Shown here: in pieces, positions 34,301 to 48,439 of the stretch
How the letters are laid out: every line of letters starts with the position of its first letter
Position numbering within the stretch: position 1 is the stretch's first letter
NCBI GenBank assembly: GCA_002269645.1
Contig: NIVC01003908.1
Span: forward strand, 1 to 64,000
Origin: Macrostomum lignano
Lineage: Eukaryota
Reading direction: 5' to 3'
Length of the DNA: 64,000 nt
Made by a program: the position numbers and the translations under genes
Notes under the pieces: model-generated
What the model saw: the letters and a program-made list of their open reading frames with translations, nothing else
The model's database searches: none
What the model was told of the DNA's origin: nothing

Positions 34301-35159
34301 GGAAATTCTTATAGACCCCTATTTTCATACTATTTTGTTAATTTTCAAGCATTTAAAAGCATTTGATTTATCATTTGATTCATTTAGAAAAGATTTTTAG
34401 GGATTTAAAAGTTTTGAAAGTTGTTACTTAGAAAAAATTAGAACAAGAAAAAGGATGCTGGATTGAATTTCTTCATTTGTTTCTTCATTTTGCTAATAAC
34501 AATCAGCTTAGGTTTCTATCTGCACAAATTTTTCACCCTGTGCAAAAAATAATTTTGTTGTGAGTGGCAGCATGCTAATTAGGATGTCTAGTAAGCTATT
34601 TTTTCTCCATAGGGTATGTAGAAAAGTGAAAAAATGACAAATTCAAATGCATATTAGACATACTCAGGATCATGTTAGATGCATACTGGAATGTATACTA
34701 GAGAGTTTTTGTTTGTATACCTATTGCATTTCATTATTGCTTACTACACATCATGTATGTCATTGACAATAATTAACAATAGGCTTACAAACAATAGCAA
34801 AAAAATACATTCAAACATTACATGTAAAAATGCATAAGAAAAAACAAAGCTTAAAAAATTATAACCTTATGAGACTAAACTAAAGCTATTTGCAGCAATA
34901 TAAAAAATTTGTAGCTTTTCAAAGTTATGCAGAGTTTTGCTAGAATTTGAAATTGAAGCAAAATGTAAAAATGAGAAGTTGTTTTTGCAAATTTGAACCT
35001 ATATAAAAAGTTTAAAAAAAAATTTAATGAATCATTTTTAATGATAACTCCAGTCTTAGGATAGTAAACATGTAATAGTTGTTTACAAACTGTTTTTTGA
35101 TGAAACTTTTATGTGAATTCATAAGAGTACATAAAAATTTGGCACATCATTTTAAACTG

Positions 35160-35935
35160 GCTTGTGTTAGAATATTTCTACTACACCTTGCACTATCTTC
35201 ATAGTGCTTTGTACAGAAGGCCACATAGAAGCAACTTGATTAGCCTTGATGTGCCACTGTACATCATTATTAGCCTGCAACTGAGTTTCATCAGCATTAT
35301 CATTGGAGTCGGAGTCAATACCACCTTGATTCTCAATAGCTGTAGCTTGATCCTCTAGTGCCTCATTCTCAATCACGGCTGTAAACAAAGTAATATAAAT
35401 TATATTGCAGATAGCCAGGTAAACACCATGGGCAATGCACAATTGCTGCTCGCAATCAATAAGCTTTTCAAATTTTACCATAATCGTTGTACTATTGGTG
35501 GTGTAGCATATGATGTCATTGTGGAGGTGCAACCCAAAACGTTTTAGCTGCTCAGAGACCAGTGCTGTCAGTGCCTTAGCAGAGAAAGAGCCTTTGATAC
35601 GAACAAGGCCTAAGTTTTGAAACTTTTGATCAGGCATGTGAACATTAATGTTCACGTACCTATTGCTATTAAGGCCCATCCACTCATCCAGTGTCAAAGA
35701 AAAGTGCTCACCAGCACTCCTCAGTTGTAGCAGATAATCTTGGATTCTGCCTTCAATTACTTAAGCATAATCCATTTTATAAGCCTTGATGATTTCATGC
35801 GAGGCAGGCAAGTGAAAACCACAAGCCTCCATCCCAATCAAATGTTCTTGGAAGTCACCATTAGCAAGAATGACAGCCCATGCTTGGCAATCATACGCGA
35901 AAGAATTTGCTTTAAAGCAGTGCCTTTGTTCACGA
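35160..35935 (-). pseudogene. hAT-superfamily transposase remnant
   Basis: LTLDEW...RYVNINVH...NLGLVRI...IICYTT...QQLCIAHGVYLAI resembles the hAT catalytic-core pattern. Confidence 0.8.
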
Positions 35936-35944
35936 AATTCCTAG

Positions 35945-36480
35945 TTCACGTGAAAACTTACTAATCTTGTTTTCCGAGAAATTACCATTTTGTGGCAATG
36001 CAGGGTAAAGATTATCACTGATTTCATGCTGGACTGATCGTACTGTTCGTAGCGTCCTATGCTATTCGAATTCCTCAAAGTGACGATAATGTACCTTGGA
36101 TTGCTACAGGAACCCTCTTTAATGCAGATATTGTGTAGAATCATTCCGCTCATCTCTGCACATATAAGCTGTATAAGCAACATCAATGTCTTTTTCAATC
36201 GCCCTCAAGTATTCAGCTTTGAGTGCAGTCTTGGGCTCAATAATTTCTAAGTACAGCTTTACGCCAGTTAGCTTAATCTCCATCGATGTATGATTAGCCC
36301 CTGACCAAATTCCTCTGTTCCGATCATCTCTAGTCAGTCTAAATGTGTAGCTAAAATTGCTTGTCAGTCGATTAAAACTATTACAGAAACCGCTCATAAA
36401 TGTCTTGACGGCACAAAAATGTCTACGGACCTATACAGTGCTTTTCTTACAGCATCAGTTGCAGCCACGAGAGGGTAATT
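35945..36480 (-). pseudogene. Internal fragment of the family-1 major capsid gene
   Basis: MSGFCNSFNRLTSNFSYTFR...IEKDIDVAYTAYMCRDERN closely matches 13032..14318. Confidence 0.92.
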
Positions 36481-36789
36481 GTATTGTATTGTATTGTGGG
36501 TTTTGTATTGCATGCTCCTAATAAAGAACTTGGAAGACTGCTGAAAGAGCTGGGGGTTGAGAGAGTAGAATGATTCAAGCAAGAAAATTCAGCTCATTTT
36601 TTGGATTGTCGGGTGTTTGGAAGAGAGAACCAGGAGGGGGGTTTATATTGCACGCGCCAAAAAGAGACTGCATACATTGACAATGCATTTCCCAGTATTT
36701 AAGACAGTTTTCCGACAGTTTCTGTTGAGCAAAAAGATTTCGACAGTTATTAAAACAAAGAGGTTCACAACAACTATTTGCACCGTTTG

Positions 36790-36980
36790 CAGATTTTGCA
36801 GCATCTATTGACCCATTAACAGTGTTGCAATTAATCCAGCACCTGAACCAGCTTGAGCTATTCGAGGTAGATTATCTTTAACTAAATTTTCTGCAGAAGT
36901 TTAGAAATCTAGAATTCCTTCTCCTTCATAACTATAATGTTTTTTTTTATTCTGTTAAAAAATCATTGGCATTTTTATAA
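36790..36980 (-). pseudogene. Degenerate homolog of the small core protein at 11375..11764
   Basis: MPMIF start after an A-run, GEGILDF and IAQAGSGAG. Contains stops and frameshifts. Confidence 0.4.
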
Positions 36981-37208
36981 TGAAAAAATTGACGACAAAA
37001 AATATTTTCAATCCAAAGATCTTTCGATTGGATAACTGTTTTAGATAACTGTTTTACAAAAACTTGAGGTAAAAGTGACTCTAGTGAGTCAACATGTTTT
37101 CAAAAAGTTGGTATTTGTATTTTTTGTGTGAAAACACAATCCTATAGTAGACTATAATCTTAAAGTAGAATAATAAGCCAGTTCATTGATTTTTTGTCGC
37201 GCGCTTTT

Positions 37209-37644
37209 TTAGGTTCGCTGGGAAAGTCGCGACAGTCGGTTGCCTTGAGGTTGTGCTTGAGCTTCAGGTTGAGCTTGAGCTTGAGCTTGAGGTTGAGCTT
37301 GAGCTTGAGCTTGAGGTTGAGCTTGAGGTTGAGCTTGAGGTTGAACTTCTTGGTATGGTGGCGGTGGTAGTGACAACTCAATGTTGCGGATGTTGCAAGT
37401 CTGCAGAGTGACTGCTTCTTGCTCGTCATAGTTTCTTTGGCGTGCTAGTTCTTGTTTAAATCGTCTTAAATTTTGGATGAATCTTTCGGTCTTCTTTAGC
37501 ACTTTTGAAGTGTCTAGGAGAACCTGGTCGTCCATTTGATAAAATAGTTTCGGGCTTTAGGGCTGCTAAGACATTTCTATAAAGCGCAGCAGCTGTCATC
37601 TGCGCCGTAGCTCGCCTAGCTCTAACTGTGGCAAGGCCAGACAT
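37209..37644 (-). pseudogene. PPxY-containing accessory gene, one frameshift
   Basis: MSGLATV...LAALKPETILS joins DDQVLL...RNIELSLPPPPYQ, then a (QA/QP) repeat. Homologous to 59097..59531. Confidence 0.6.
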
Positions 37645-38129
37645 TTTCGAGTGAATTTTTTTGTGAGAAGCGCAGCGAAAGCTGAGTGATTAAAAAAATC
37701 TACCCAATATATAAGGCTGCAGAAACATAGCTTCCCCTTTTGAGAACAATAGATATTGTACGGAGGGACGAAATTTGGTGTACAAAGGGGTGAGGGCAGC
37801 CACACAAAGGAATGCAATCCTTTCTGTCAGAATTCTAACTGGCTGTCAAAAATTTGCCGCGTTTCTGAAAATTTCCGTCAGACTGACAGATATTTGACGC
37901 ATTAAAACACTCATCATTTACTATAAGTAGTTTTTTAATCCTTCTCTTCGCTATCAAGAGCTATTATTCTTAAGTAATAATCCTCTTCCTTCTCTTCAAA
38001 TTCACTTATTTTTGCAATTTGTAAAATGAGCTCTCAAAATAATTCTCTCTTAAATCATAAATTCCTTTCTGTTTTACTTCCTCAATCTGTTTTGATTTTT
38101 CTAGAAAACGTCTTTACTAAAAGCCAACT

Positions 38130-38981
38130 CTGTAGCTGGAGGACAGATGCTAGTAGAGAAACCAAATCCAGTGAAAAGAGTTGTATTGAGTAATAAGGAG
38201 ATTCACGAGATTGTGCTACAGTTTGAGACTGAAGATGGGGTGGGTGTTATTTTCAACGGTGAAGAGTTTGTATTGACGTTAATCATTGGGAGAATATAAG
38301 AAAAAATTACAATTGCCTAATGATTTCTGCAAAGTTATAGTAGCTGTCTTAATCTTTTACGTAGGTTACTCCATACTTGAGAAACCAGTGTCTTTAGAGA
38401 GCTAGAATAATATTAGGGACATTGATATCAACGCCGGGCCAATATTTTCTCATGTATTCGCTGCATTCTAGTTTGCATCAGTACTTACTCTTGTAATTAG
38501 GCTCGTGCGCTTTGTAATAAGAACCTGTAGAGACGATTGGAAGCATTTTTATTGAGAATTTAATTTTTTTCGGAGGATGAGCACCCTGGTTTGGGCATTG
38601 GCGCTAATTTGATTGTCTTGGCACACTTTTGCAAGGCTGGGAGGCTCCTTAGGAGACTGATATTTTTCATAATAAATGTAGAGAGGTTAGAGTAAGTTAG
38701 AAGAGATTAGAATAATTTTTGGAGAGACCCTTTTCTTCGGGAATAATAAAGTTATTATTGTGGCTCTGATAATTTTTGTCCTAGAATACTATACTCACAG
38801 AATGCAACTCACAAACTGATCTGGAATAATAAAAAGTAGAGAATTTAGAATATGGAGACATATTTTTGTGAGGGGCAGGTACCCTTTTTCCTGATCGATT
38901 TGGGAAGAATAAAGTTAATCGTTTGTGCATTATGGAGGCTGCGATAATTTTTGTCCTAGATTGCCCCTTTCGCATACTACT
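38130..38981 (+). mobile_element. Polinton right-end remnant: penton 3' end, degenerate TIR ORF, divergent terminus
   Basis: 38130-38300 matches the penton 3' end. 38307-38546 is a stop-containing copy of the 79-aa ORF. Ends TTTTGTCC...GCATACTACT at 38981. Confidence 0.75.
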
Positions 38982-39376
38982 GAGAAGCGAGGAAACAGAA
39001 GAGAAGATAGAAGTTTCAAAGGATCACAATTCTTTGTCCTAATAATAATTCTGTAATAGTAATAATAATGATAATCAAAAAAAATAATTGATATTACTTG
39101 ATAATAATAATATAATAATAATTCTTTGTCCTAAGAGGGACATAGGGAGTGTCAGGCAGAAACCAGAGTTTGCCAATACATGTTTTCCCCAAATCCTAAT
39201 TTTACACGAATATGTAAACTTCGTGCAGTGTGCAAAATTTGCAAAAACTAGCACAAAAATGCATTTTTAAATTAAAACTTCTATAGTGCTGCTTCAGTTG
39301 TACCAATCTTTTTCAATATGGACGCATTCAATCTTCAACTATTTTAATGCAATTGTTAAAAATTTTGATTTTTAAA

Positions 39377-40353
39377 TAGGGATGTTGATTCCCCGGGGAA
39401 TTTCCTTATCGGGGACCCCGGGGAATTTACTATCATTCCCTGGGGACCCGGGGAAAAGAAAAAATAAGTAAACAACGGCGGATAACTAAGTGTTAACTGG
39501 CATTTTTTAACTTTGATTTAAGCTTTGGACTAAATGTTTAAAGCGCAAGGGTAAAACAATGCTTAAACAATGCTTATTTAAAATTGTATTTTATGTGGCA
39601 TCACCAAATCGTGCGCGCACCTTTGTCAGAAAGAGTCCGGAGGCGGAAAATGTTCGCTCAGCAGCTACACTCTTGGGAGGAACCGATAGTCGGGCCTAGG
39701 GCATTATATAACAACTGGAAAGCAGCAGCAATCGGCAATAAAAAGCGAGCAATCAGCAAAAAAAGGTCTGCTACAGCAGATTGGTGCTGTGTTCTACAGC
39801 CTGATATGCTGTCTGCTACAGCTTGATGCTATCTGCTGCTGTCAGCTACTACCTGCTTCCTGGTGCTATCTATTGATTATCGCTTCAATATAGTTGTCTG
39901 CTTCTTTTTTCTCTGTCTGCTGCCTGCTGCTTTTTTCTGTCTGCTGCCTGCTGCCTTCAGCTGCCTTCTGCTTTCTGCTGCAGTCTGCTGCCATATCATA
40001 CTGTCTACTGATGTCTGTTGCTATCTGGTGCTGGGTAGCTACTCCACTACTGCTGCTTCTGCCGATTCTTGAAAGTGTCGCAACAGTGCTAGCTTAGACA
40101 ACGTGGCATCACCTAATCGTGCGCGCACCTTTGTCAGAAAGAGCCCGGAGGCGGAAAATGTTCGCTCAGCAGCTACGCTCATGGGAGGAACTGAAAGTAG
40201 GGCATTGTATAGCAACTATACATAAAGAATTATTCTTATTTAAATGGCAAAATGAAATTACAAATGCTTTTTAAAATATTTTTTCCCCCGGGGTCCCCGG
40301 TCCAATTCCCCGGGGAGTATTCCCCGACAAGCTCCCCGGGATCGACATCCCTA
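39377..40353. mobile_element. Non-autonomous DNA transposon (MITE), possibly hAT-derived
   Basis: Termini TAGGGATG...CATCCCTA with CCCCGGGG-rich subterminal inverted repeats. Flanks TTTTTAAA and GTTTCAAA match at 6 of 8. Confidence 0.65.
39594..40215 (+). repeat. ~100-bp direct repeats flanking CTG-rich low-complexity DNA (TRIM-like)
   Basis: GTGGCATCACC-AATCGTGCGCGCACCTTTGTCAGAAAGAG... occurs near 39595 and near 40103. Confidence 0.6.
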
Positions 40354-41225
40354 GTTTCAAAGGTATTCTTGAATCACAATTAAAGTTAGGCTATTTTTTG
40401 TTAGCAGGACAGCCACCCAACCTTCTTGCCTGCTTCTCTTTCCCGATCTGGGCCTAAAGGGTGTAATATATTTTAAAATTGACTAACTTTTGGCTGCCAT
40501 AATTTTTCTCCATGCAAAGCAATTGACTTCAAACGTGATACAAGTCTTCATTAATTTATTCTTTATCTAAATACAAAGTCTCAACTCAAAGTCTCATATG
40601 CTTATAAGAAACTATAAGCATATGAAGTTTGGCTGCTTTTTCTGGTGTTGAGTTGTTCTTGTTCTCATTTCTCCAGAATAGAAGGAGGGGGGTAGGCCGG
40701 AGTACATAATAGCAATAATATGCAGTGTTTTAGAATTTAACTTGGACTTTATTTGTGCCCTTGTAGAATTTCTTAACCAAATTGTTCTAAGCTACATGAC
40801 TGTCTTATCATATAGGCTTAACAGTTAATAGGGTCATTCTAAATAAGCATAGTTATAACATATATAGTCATCAGTTAACAAAGTTTAGACAAAGTTTAGA
40901 AAGTCAGGCATATTCATGCCTGAATATTTTCAAGTATGATACCAGACAAATAAATTTAAGTATTGCATAACCAATTGATAAAAAAGTATTTATTGGTTCT
41001 CTTCTAGTTGGCTTCTGTACGGCCAGCTTCTGTACATTCTCAAAACTGGTCCACTTGGAGGTGTAGGCAAAATAAGCATGGATATTGTCTGCAAGTAGTT
41101 CAGCTTGATGACTCAGTCTGTAACTGACTACCTTCTGACTAGCTTCTGACTGCCTCATCTGTCGACTAAGATACACGATCGGTGTTTTCAAAACCGTCGT
41201 GTAGTGACTGTGCATCGGGCCTAGG

Positions 41226-41451
41226 TGTTGTAACTAACTAACTTTGAGGCTAGAATTGTTCAATTACCTTATATGCATCGTGCGTTCAATCATGGTATCG
41301 TTGTTTCGATTGCGTAACACTGTTTTCAACGTGCACATGAGTATAAATATATTGAGCGAGACTCAAGTGTCTCCAACTGAATTGAATTTAATCAATCAAC
41401 TAGAACACAACACGTCGCTTTGAACTTGATTCAAGACCGCCCCGATTCTGA
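41226..41451 (+). mobile_element. Probable LTR followed by a PBS-like TGGTG
   Basis: TGTTG start, internal TATAAATA, ends CTGACA then TCTGGTG. No partner LTR seen. Confidence 0.4.
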
Positions 41452-43184
41452 CATCTGGTGCATCAGTGTGATGATCAGTGTGCATCTGATTCATCATCTC
41501 TAACAAAATTCCGATAATAATTGCATAGTCCGAGAAAACTTTGAAGCTCTGTCACAGTCTTAGGTTTCGGCTAGTTCCTAATCGCTTATAGCTTTACCGC
41601 ATCTCTTAATTCCTGATTCTCCTATGACGTGCCCTAGATTTTGTTGTACAGACTTGAAAGGGTGACATTTTTTTAGCTTTTAGTTTGATATTACCCTAGT
41701 CAGAAATAATGGCAAAAAAGGAATTTTTAATTCAAATTATAATGTCATTAAGTGCCGTTATATTCGAAACAAGCGCGAATATAATGTTAAAAATTATCTT
41801 ATTAAAATATATTGCCTTTTTGTTAAGTGTAAATTACTTTTACAATGTAGATGTAGGTCTGAGTAGATTGAATTGTGTCGCTAATATCTTGTGGCCGTCC
41901 TGCTATTGAATCAACGATTTTGAAACTATGCCACTCCATCTAGTAATCCGTTGTACAGAAAATGAGGTGGAAGGAATATTTTTGCGCGATAAATATAAAT
42001 ATAAATATTGAAATATTAGGACAGAAGCATGCAAAAAAATTGCTTGTATTGAAAAAGAACCTATTTATTTTTTTAGCGCGCATATTGCTCAGGCATGTGG
42101 CTCAAAGGATGGAGATTTAAAAGTAAAAATCGTTCACCAAAATATGTGGGACAATATTTAAAAACAGGCTGCGAAGTTGTTTTAGTGTCGCAAAACATGA
42201 ATTTAGTGAATATAACAAAGTATATATAGTGTGAATAGAAGATATGAAGCAGTAGATGAACATTCAGCGTCTGGAATCGTTTAGGACAGCATTTATCGAG
42301 GTGATGCAAAAAAGAACGCGTTCTTGCACTTGCTTCATTAATGTTTGTAGAGTAGAACGAGTGTAGCATTGCCACCAATGACAAAAAGTTTCTTTGATAA
42401 AATTGTATAGGACTCAGCCTAGATGAGAGAATAGAGAGAAAATCCAAATGTGCGGTTTTAAGATTGAAAAAAGTGCGTCCTCATCATTAGCATCGATAAG
42501 GAGTGGAATAAGCAAGTCATTCGCTTATACCTGATCCCATCCTTGGGACGTTTGGTGGTTTTATAATTGCGGCCTATCGTGTCAAAGGCCGTCCGGAATA
42601 GCTTCTCCACCAGCATCTTCAGCTGTGCCTTCACGGATTCGTTCAGGCTGTTTTAACTTTTATTTCGCTTCTTTTAATTTTCTTTTAAAAGATTCATGAT
42701 TCACTACTACAAGTATGTTTAATTTGAAATTCACCAAAAGTTATTTTTTTAGGCGCTACAATTTCCTCAACATTAATGCACTAAAGTATTTGTATCGCAT
42801 CAGCAGTCGCTTTACTAAAGATTAGCTTATACGAGTAGTAGACTAAAAGGATTGCACTGCTTACTACATTGCTCTTTGCATTCTGGCGACAAGCTTCTAT
42901 GAGGTGCTCGTAATCGTCGATGCCAGTCATAGGAAGAAATTCGAGGTTACTTTCTTCCTGAACCGTATTCCCTTAGCCCTGAAGACTTAGTCGGCGCTCG
43001 ATCAACGTTAACGCTCAGTCATGGCAGCCTTTTGGCGTAATACTTTAGCCAGCATGTGTACAACTCCCTCAGTTTCATACATTTTCACTCCCACCGCTGC
43101 TAGTATTGACTGTATTCCAGTCAGCTCCAGATAAGGTATACAATTTACCCTATCCAGTACTACACACGAGCGCAGCTTATGCCG

Positions 43185-43441
43185 TGTAACTAAATTGACA
43201 CGACTCAATTGATTTTCTCTTTAGAGTTTGTTAAGAGAAAGCCAAAAAAGCCCTCTGGTTCGCTGGCTGTTTTGACTTATTTCTTTAGATAAAGCGAAAA
43301 GAAAATGACGCGTGGAGGGTGGGGGCGCCCAGTGTACGAGCGGATGTACATTGCACGACAAGCGGGGTGAAAGGTGAGTCGGCTTTCTCTTAATGTAAAG
43401 AAAACCATTTGGGCTGAATAAATATGAACTTTTCCGCCACA
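43185..43441 (-). repeat. 3' LTR of the BEL/Pao element
   Basis: TG...CA termini, homologous to 48720 onward, adjacent polypurine tract. Confidence 0.88.
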
Positions 43442-43778
43442 CTCCCCCAATGACCTGATCGATTGAGGTCAAGGTCATTTCACAAAAGGAAAAGTAACAC
43501 AAGGTAGAAAAAACAAATATTGCCGCCGCTAAAACATTGATCGGACTGCGGAAAAAAAGCAAAAACCAAAAAAGCACGAAAATCAACCAACTGTGTATAA
43601 ACTGCAAAATTACCAGAAAAAACTCAAACCCCGACCATCGAAAAACAACGACTGAGAACCACCAACCAACCGACATCGAACGACCACTGACCGAACGCCA
43701 CCAGCAAAATGACCAAAAGAACACAGGAAAAACGACTAGACGCAGCCAGCAGCCGAGTAAAAAACCACTAACGACACG

Positions 43779-46700
43779 TCAGACTTCCAGAGGTACCAGC
43801 AACTTCACTGGCCGTCGAAGATGCGTAGCAGCTCGACCACTTTGAGAACTGGCCACCCGCAGTAGGCATGAACGGGCGACTCCATCGTGACCCTGGTGCA
43901 CAGCTTCGACAACCGCAAGCTTCCACTGAAGTCTTGGCAATCCGGCATCCATCACTAACACTACGTCACCAACTCGTATTTCCCGATTCGATGTTCGACC
44001 GTCTTTGGATGATTGCTCACGGAGGGCCAGAATGTACTGTGCTTGCCACTCCTTCCAGAACTTGTTCAGCAAATGTCTGGACTTTCGGAGCCTTTCGGGA
44101 AGCGGCAGGACCATTGAAACTTCCTCTTCGTCCTCTGGTTCTTTTTTCAGGCGGCGCAGAACGAGGAAATGACCAGGTGTGATGACTTCTGATTGCTCGC
44201 CAGAAGACACAAAGCCAAGCGGTCTTGAGTTTACAACCGCTTCCGCCTCACAGACTGCTGTCGACAGCTCCTCGACGGGCAGGAAAGCCCTTCCGATTGT
44301 CTTCTTGAGCACTGATTTCACTACGCCGACCAGTCTCTCGTAGAAGCCTCCCATCCATGGAGCTCGCTCGGGAATGAATGTCCAGGTGACTCGGCGGCTG
44401 CTCAGAAAATCTTGGCCTGCTTGAGTCCGTAATAGAGCTTCTTCTGCATCCAGTAGCCTGGCCGCCGCATGGAAGGTTTTAAAGTTGTCAGAGATAATCG
44501 ATGGTACACCTCGGCGGGCACAGAAGCGTCTCAGGCTCAGAAGGAATGACTGCGTTGTCAAGTCAGTGACGAGTTCGAGATGCACTGCTGGTGTGCTAGT
44601 ACAGGTCAACGATCGAATGTAGGCTTTATGTTGGCCGTCATCCTCCCCCCTGCGCATTAATCGAGGCCAACATGCTGGAACGCACGACACGTCATAAAAC
44701 GAGATGCCGGCAGCTGTGCTGGTTGTGCAATCCGGTACGGCAATCCTTGCAATCGAATGCATGTGTTGCATGATTTGAGCACAGATATTACCTTCTGCCG
44801 CCCTTTCAGTAGCCAGAATCGCTCACGAATTGTACTAACGTCGCGGAGGCTCCCTCATGACCGACTTTGTGGTGCGCATCCGTGATAAGCAGTATCTGGA
44901 AGCTGGGGTCTAATGGGCAGAGAATCGGGGACTTTTTTCGTCAGAAAGCGGAGTGTCTCCAAGCCTTTCCGCGCTACGAAGAACACCTTTCGGGTCCAAG
45001 AACAGCGAGAGGTTCTTGTTAACCTGCGTGCGGGCAGTGCTGTCGCGAAGACTGCGAATGTCGGCTTCGAAGTCACGCGACTGCAGCGATTTAATCCAGA
45101 ACTCCTCCGTTTTTAACAGCTTTGCCGACGTCAGCTCGACAGTCGTAGCCTGCCGCGTCCGTTTTAAAATGCTGATGAAACGAAGAACCCACGCTGAGAC
45201 CCGCAGCAATCTAGTCAAGGAATTATAGCGCTGCACCTCGATGATGGAGTGGATGCGTGCCGATTGTACCTCTGACGTCGACGTCTGTGTGACTACGCAG
45301 CTGTGTTCATCTTCTCGATGATATGAGCTTTGGTCGCCTATTACAGGTTGTTCCAGCCAGAGCGAGGAATCCAGAGACAGCCACTTAGGACCCCAAAACT
45401 AGGGGGACGATTAATCGAATGCGCCGGGCACGACTGGTCGGGTAGCAATGTCGGCGAGGTTGTCCTTCCCAGGGCAGAACAGTCACTTCTCCGGTGCCAC
45501 AGCTGCTGGAATGTTGGAAACTCTGTTTTGAATGAATGGCTTCTACAATTTGTGTGTCGACTTGAGCCACCACAGAACGTCCATGCTATCGCTCCAGCAG
45601 GTGATGACGCCATGCGGATATTCAGCGCGGACTTTGTCGAGGGCTTGAGCAAGCTCGTTTGCAGCCATCAACTCTAGCCGTGGAATAGTCGTCGGAGCTA
45701 TGGGCGCGACGCGTGTTTTGCCCATCAGTAGCGCAACTTGGACGTCACCCGAATCGAATGTAGACCGTAAATAGACGCACGCTGCGTAGGCCGATTGAGA
45801 TGCTTCACAGAACCCATGAATTTCGCATGCGATGGGCGTCTGTCTGAAGACTCTTCGGTCGAGTGGCATCGTCTAACATCGTAACTCAGCTAAGCATTCA
45901 ACCCACTGCGAGTTAAGGGGCTCCGGAAGCATAGCGTCCCACGGCACCTTTAGTTTGCAGCTCTGCTGAAAAAGCAGTTTGGCTCGCGTCAGCAACGGGC
46001 AAAGAAGGCCAAGAGGGTCGAACGTCTTGGAGAACGCTGACAAAGTCGAACGCTTGGCCGGTCGAGACGGTCGAGACGTTCGCCGGACAAGCCGATTGCC
46101 GGATGATCGCGAATCGACAAATTGAATGCGTCGCTATCCGGAATCCATTGCATGCCAAGGACCTTGACTGGTGATTTGGTTGAATGTGACACGCCACAAC
46201 CATCTTCAAGAGCAGTGGTGTTCAGAGCTGAGCAGTTAGAGAGTCAGCCGCGTATATTCATCGATGCTTCCAGGAACGCGCTCCGCGTTATGTGATACAA
46301 TGCCATAGCTTCCTCTTCGGAGTCTGCGCCAGATACTAGGTTGTCGACATGTGTCCTGAGACAGTTTCAGACGAACGGTCTCGGAAGCCTTGGTTGTTGT
46401 ACGGAAAAGGTGAAACAGAACTTCTTGCAGGATTGCTGGACTGGAGATCAGGCCAGACACAAGGCGCACATAGCGAAAGACGTGAATACTTGATTTCTTG
46501 TCGTTCATGTTCTCCAGCCACAAGAACCGAAGGGCGTCTCTGTCCTCCTCACGAATAGTGATTTGAAGAACAGCCTTCTCGACATCAGCTATGATGGCTA
46601 CAGTATGATTTCGAAAGCGAAGTAGCAACGAAGAGACGGAGGGCAGTCGACACGGACCGGCCTCCAGCACGTCATTAAGAGAGTAATCCGTCGCTGTCTT

Positions 46701-48420
46701 CTCACTTGCATCAAAGACAATGCGAAGTCGAGTCGTCTGACTTTCCTCCCTTATCACAGGAAGGTGTGGGATGTAGTGATTGAGCGTTTTCGGCTCGTAT
46801 TGGTGCTGATTCAATGACGCTGTGAGCGAGTTGGTCTTTAAAGATTTCGTGGAAAATTCACGTGGTTGTTGTCTCTGCTGTCTGTCTGCTGGATCTCGTT
46901 GCGCATGGACTCTGCAGCTTGAGAGCGTACCACATCGGCTAGCGACTCACCGACAGTGAAGAGTGCAAGTCGTGATAGGATCATCCGCTGATGCAGAGAC
47001 TGTGAGTCTACCACTGACCAGATAGCCGAGCTTGCTTTTCACTGCCACCGGACCTTTACCACTCACTGTGCGAAATACTTCGCCATCTACAAGATCGTAG
47101 AAGCAGTCAGCACCAACCAATATCGAGATCGGTTCGGATGCATCTCGCGGGTCGAACGGGTCGGTGAGATCGAGGCGTTGTATCTCTGGATGAGCATCCA
47201 GCATGACCGATGCTTGCGGTGAGCAGATCCGTGGAGTTGTGTAACCGCGCAGAGAGAAAAGGCTGGGGGAATTCCATCGGCGAATGCTGAATTTTACAAT
47301 TTCTGAATCAAATTCGGTGCTACTGGCACCAAACGTGCCGACTCGGAGGACTTCTGTGCCTTCTGACTCTAATCCAAAATGCTTACTGAGAGCTTGCCGA
47401 ATGTAAGTCTTTTTGCTTGCTGTGTCGAACAGTACGCGTACAGGAAGTTCCATCTGGGCTCATCAGCAAACATTTTTCTGTCGGCATGACAACAGCTGGG
47501 CTTGAGTGCACTACCAGAGACTGGCTATCGGAGCTTAGATAGCTGTCACGTTGTTGGACTCCGACACTGGCTTCGGCTTTGACTGTTTCGAAAAACCAGC
47601 TTGGTTTCCGGGCCCGTTACTTACAGTGGAATACAGGCTGGGGCAGATGCTCGGATGATGCATTTTGCCACAACATCGGCACGCAGGCAACAGAAGCAGC
47701 GCAGAATATACGAAACCTTGCCTTCGCGGTGGTGTGCACCTTACAAGATTCTGACGAATGGTTGCCTTGGCAAAACGTGCAGGAAAGCAGAGAACCGTCC
47801 TTTTGTTTTCTGAATGCTACTTTCTGCTGATTGGAAGAAAATCTACGCTGAGCTTTAACGATGAGCTTCCTAGAGTACTGCGGCCCTCCGGACCAGGCTT
47901 TTGACCGTCTGGGTGCTTATGGCCGCTTGCCGAGCATCGTTCTCGCAGTTTGATTTCGCTATCCAGAGAGTCTAAGAATAGTTCGACAGATTTTCCTCCT
48001 CTTTCAACTCGGATAGACCAACTCGCAGCACGTCAGCTCAAATTACAGGCAACTTTGCTTCAAGACTCGGCAGCAGAAACACTTCGTAATTCGACTGGTA
48101 GACACCAAGAGTCTCTAAACCTCGGACACAGGACCGAGTGGTATCAATGAAGGATCTAAGCGATTGGGTAGAGTCGGACGGACACTTCACGGCTTCGAGC
48201 TTCTTCATAAAGTGCTGGACTAAATTTTCTTTTAAGCCGTACCGATCTACGAGTAACTCCCAGGCAGTATGATTGTCTTGTCCTGTCAGCTGAAGGTTGT
48301 CGACGCAACGCCGAGCTTAACCACGCAAGCAACTCAAGAGGTAACTGAACTTCTCGACATCAAACAGCGTTATTTTCAAACAGTGAAATCGAAAAAAGTT
48401 TTCAGTCCAAAAATTCTGAA
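43779..48420 (-). pseudogene. BEL/Pao gag-pol, frameshifted
   Basis: Protease VLFDTAS, RT HYIPHLPVIRE...LRIVFDAS, RNase H GFCEASQSAYAA...IPRLEL, integrase SDNFKTF...PWMGGFYERLV...QWKLAVV. Confidence 0.93.
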
Positions 48421-48439
48421 CTCAACTAGCCGATGACAC

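Noticed and set aside
34060-34310. E2F-site cluster (GCGGGAAA)
   Set aside because: Part of a degenerate tandem repeat with no adjacent gene; no support for function.
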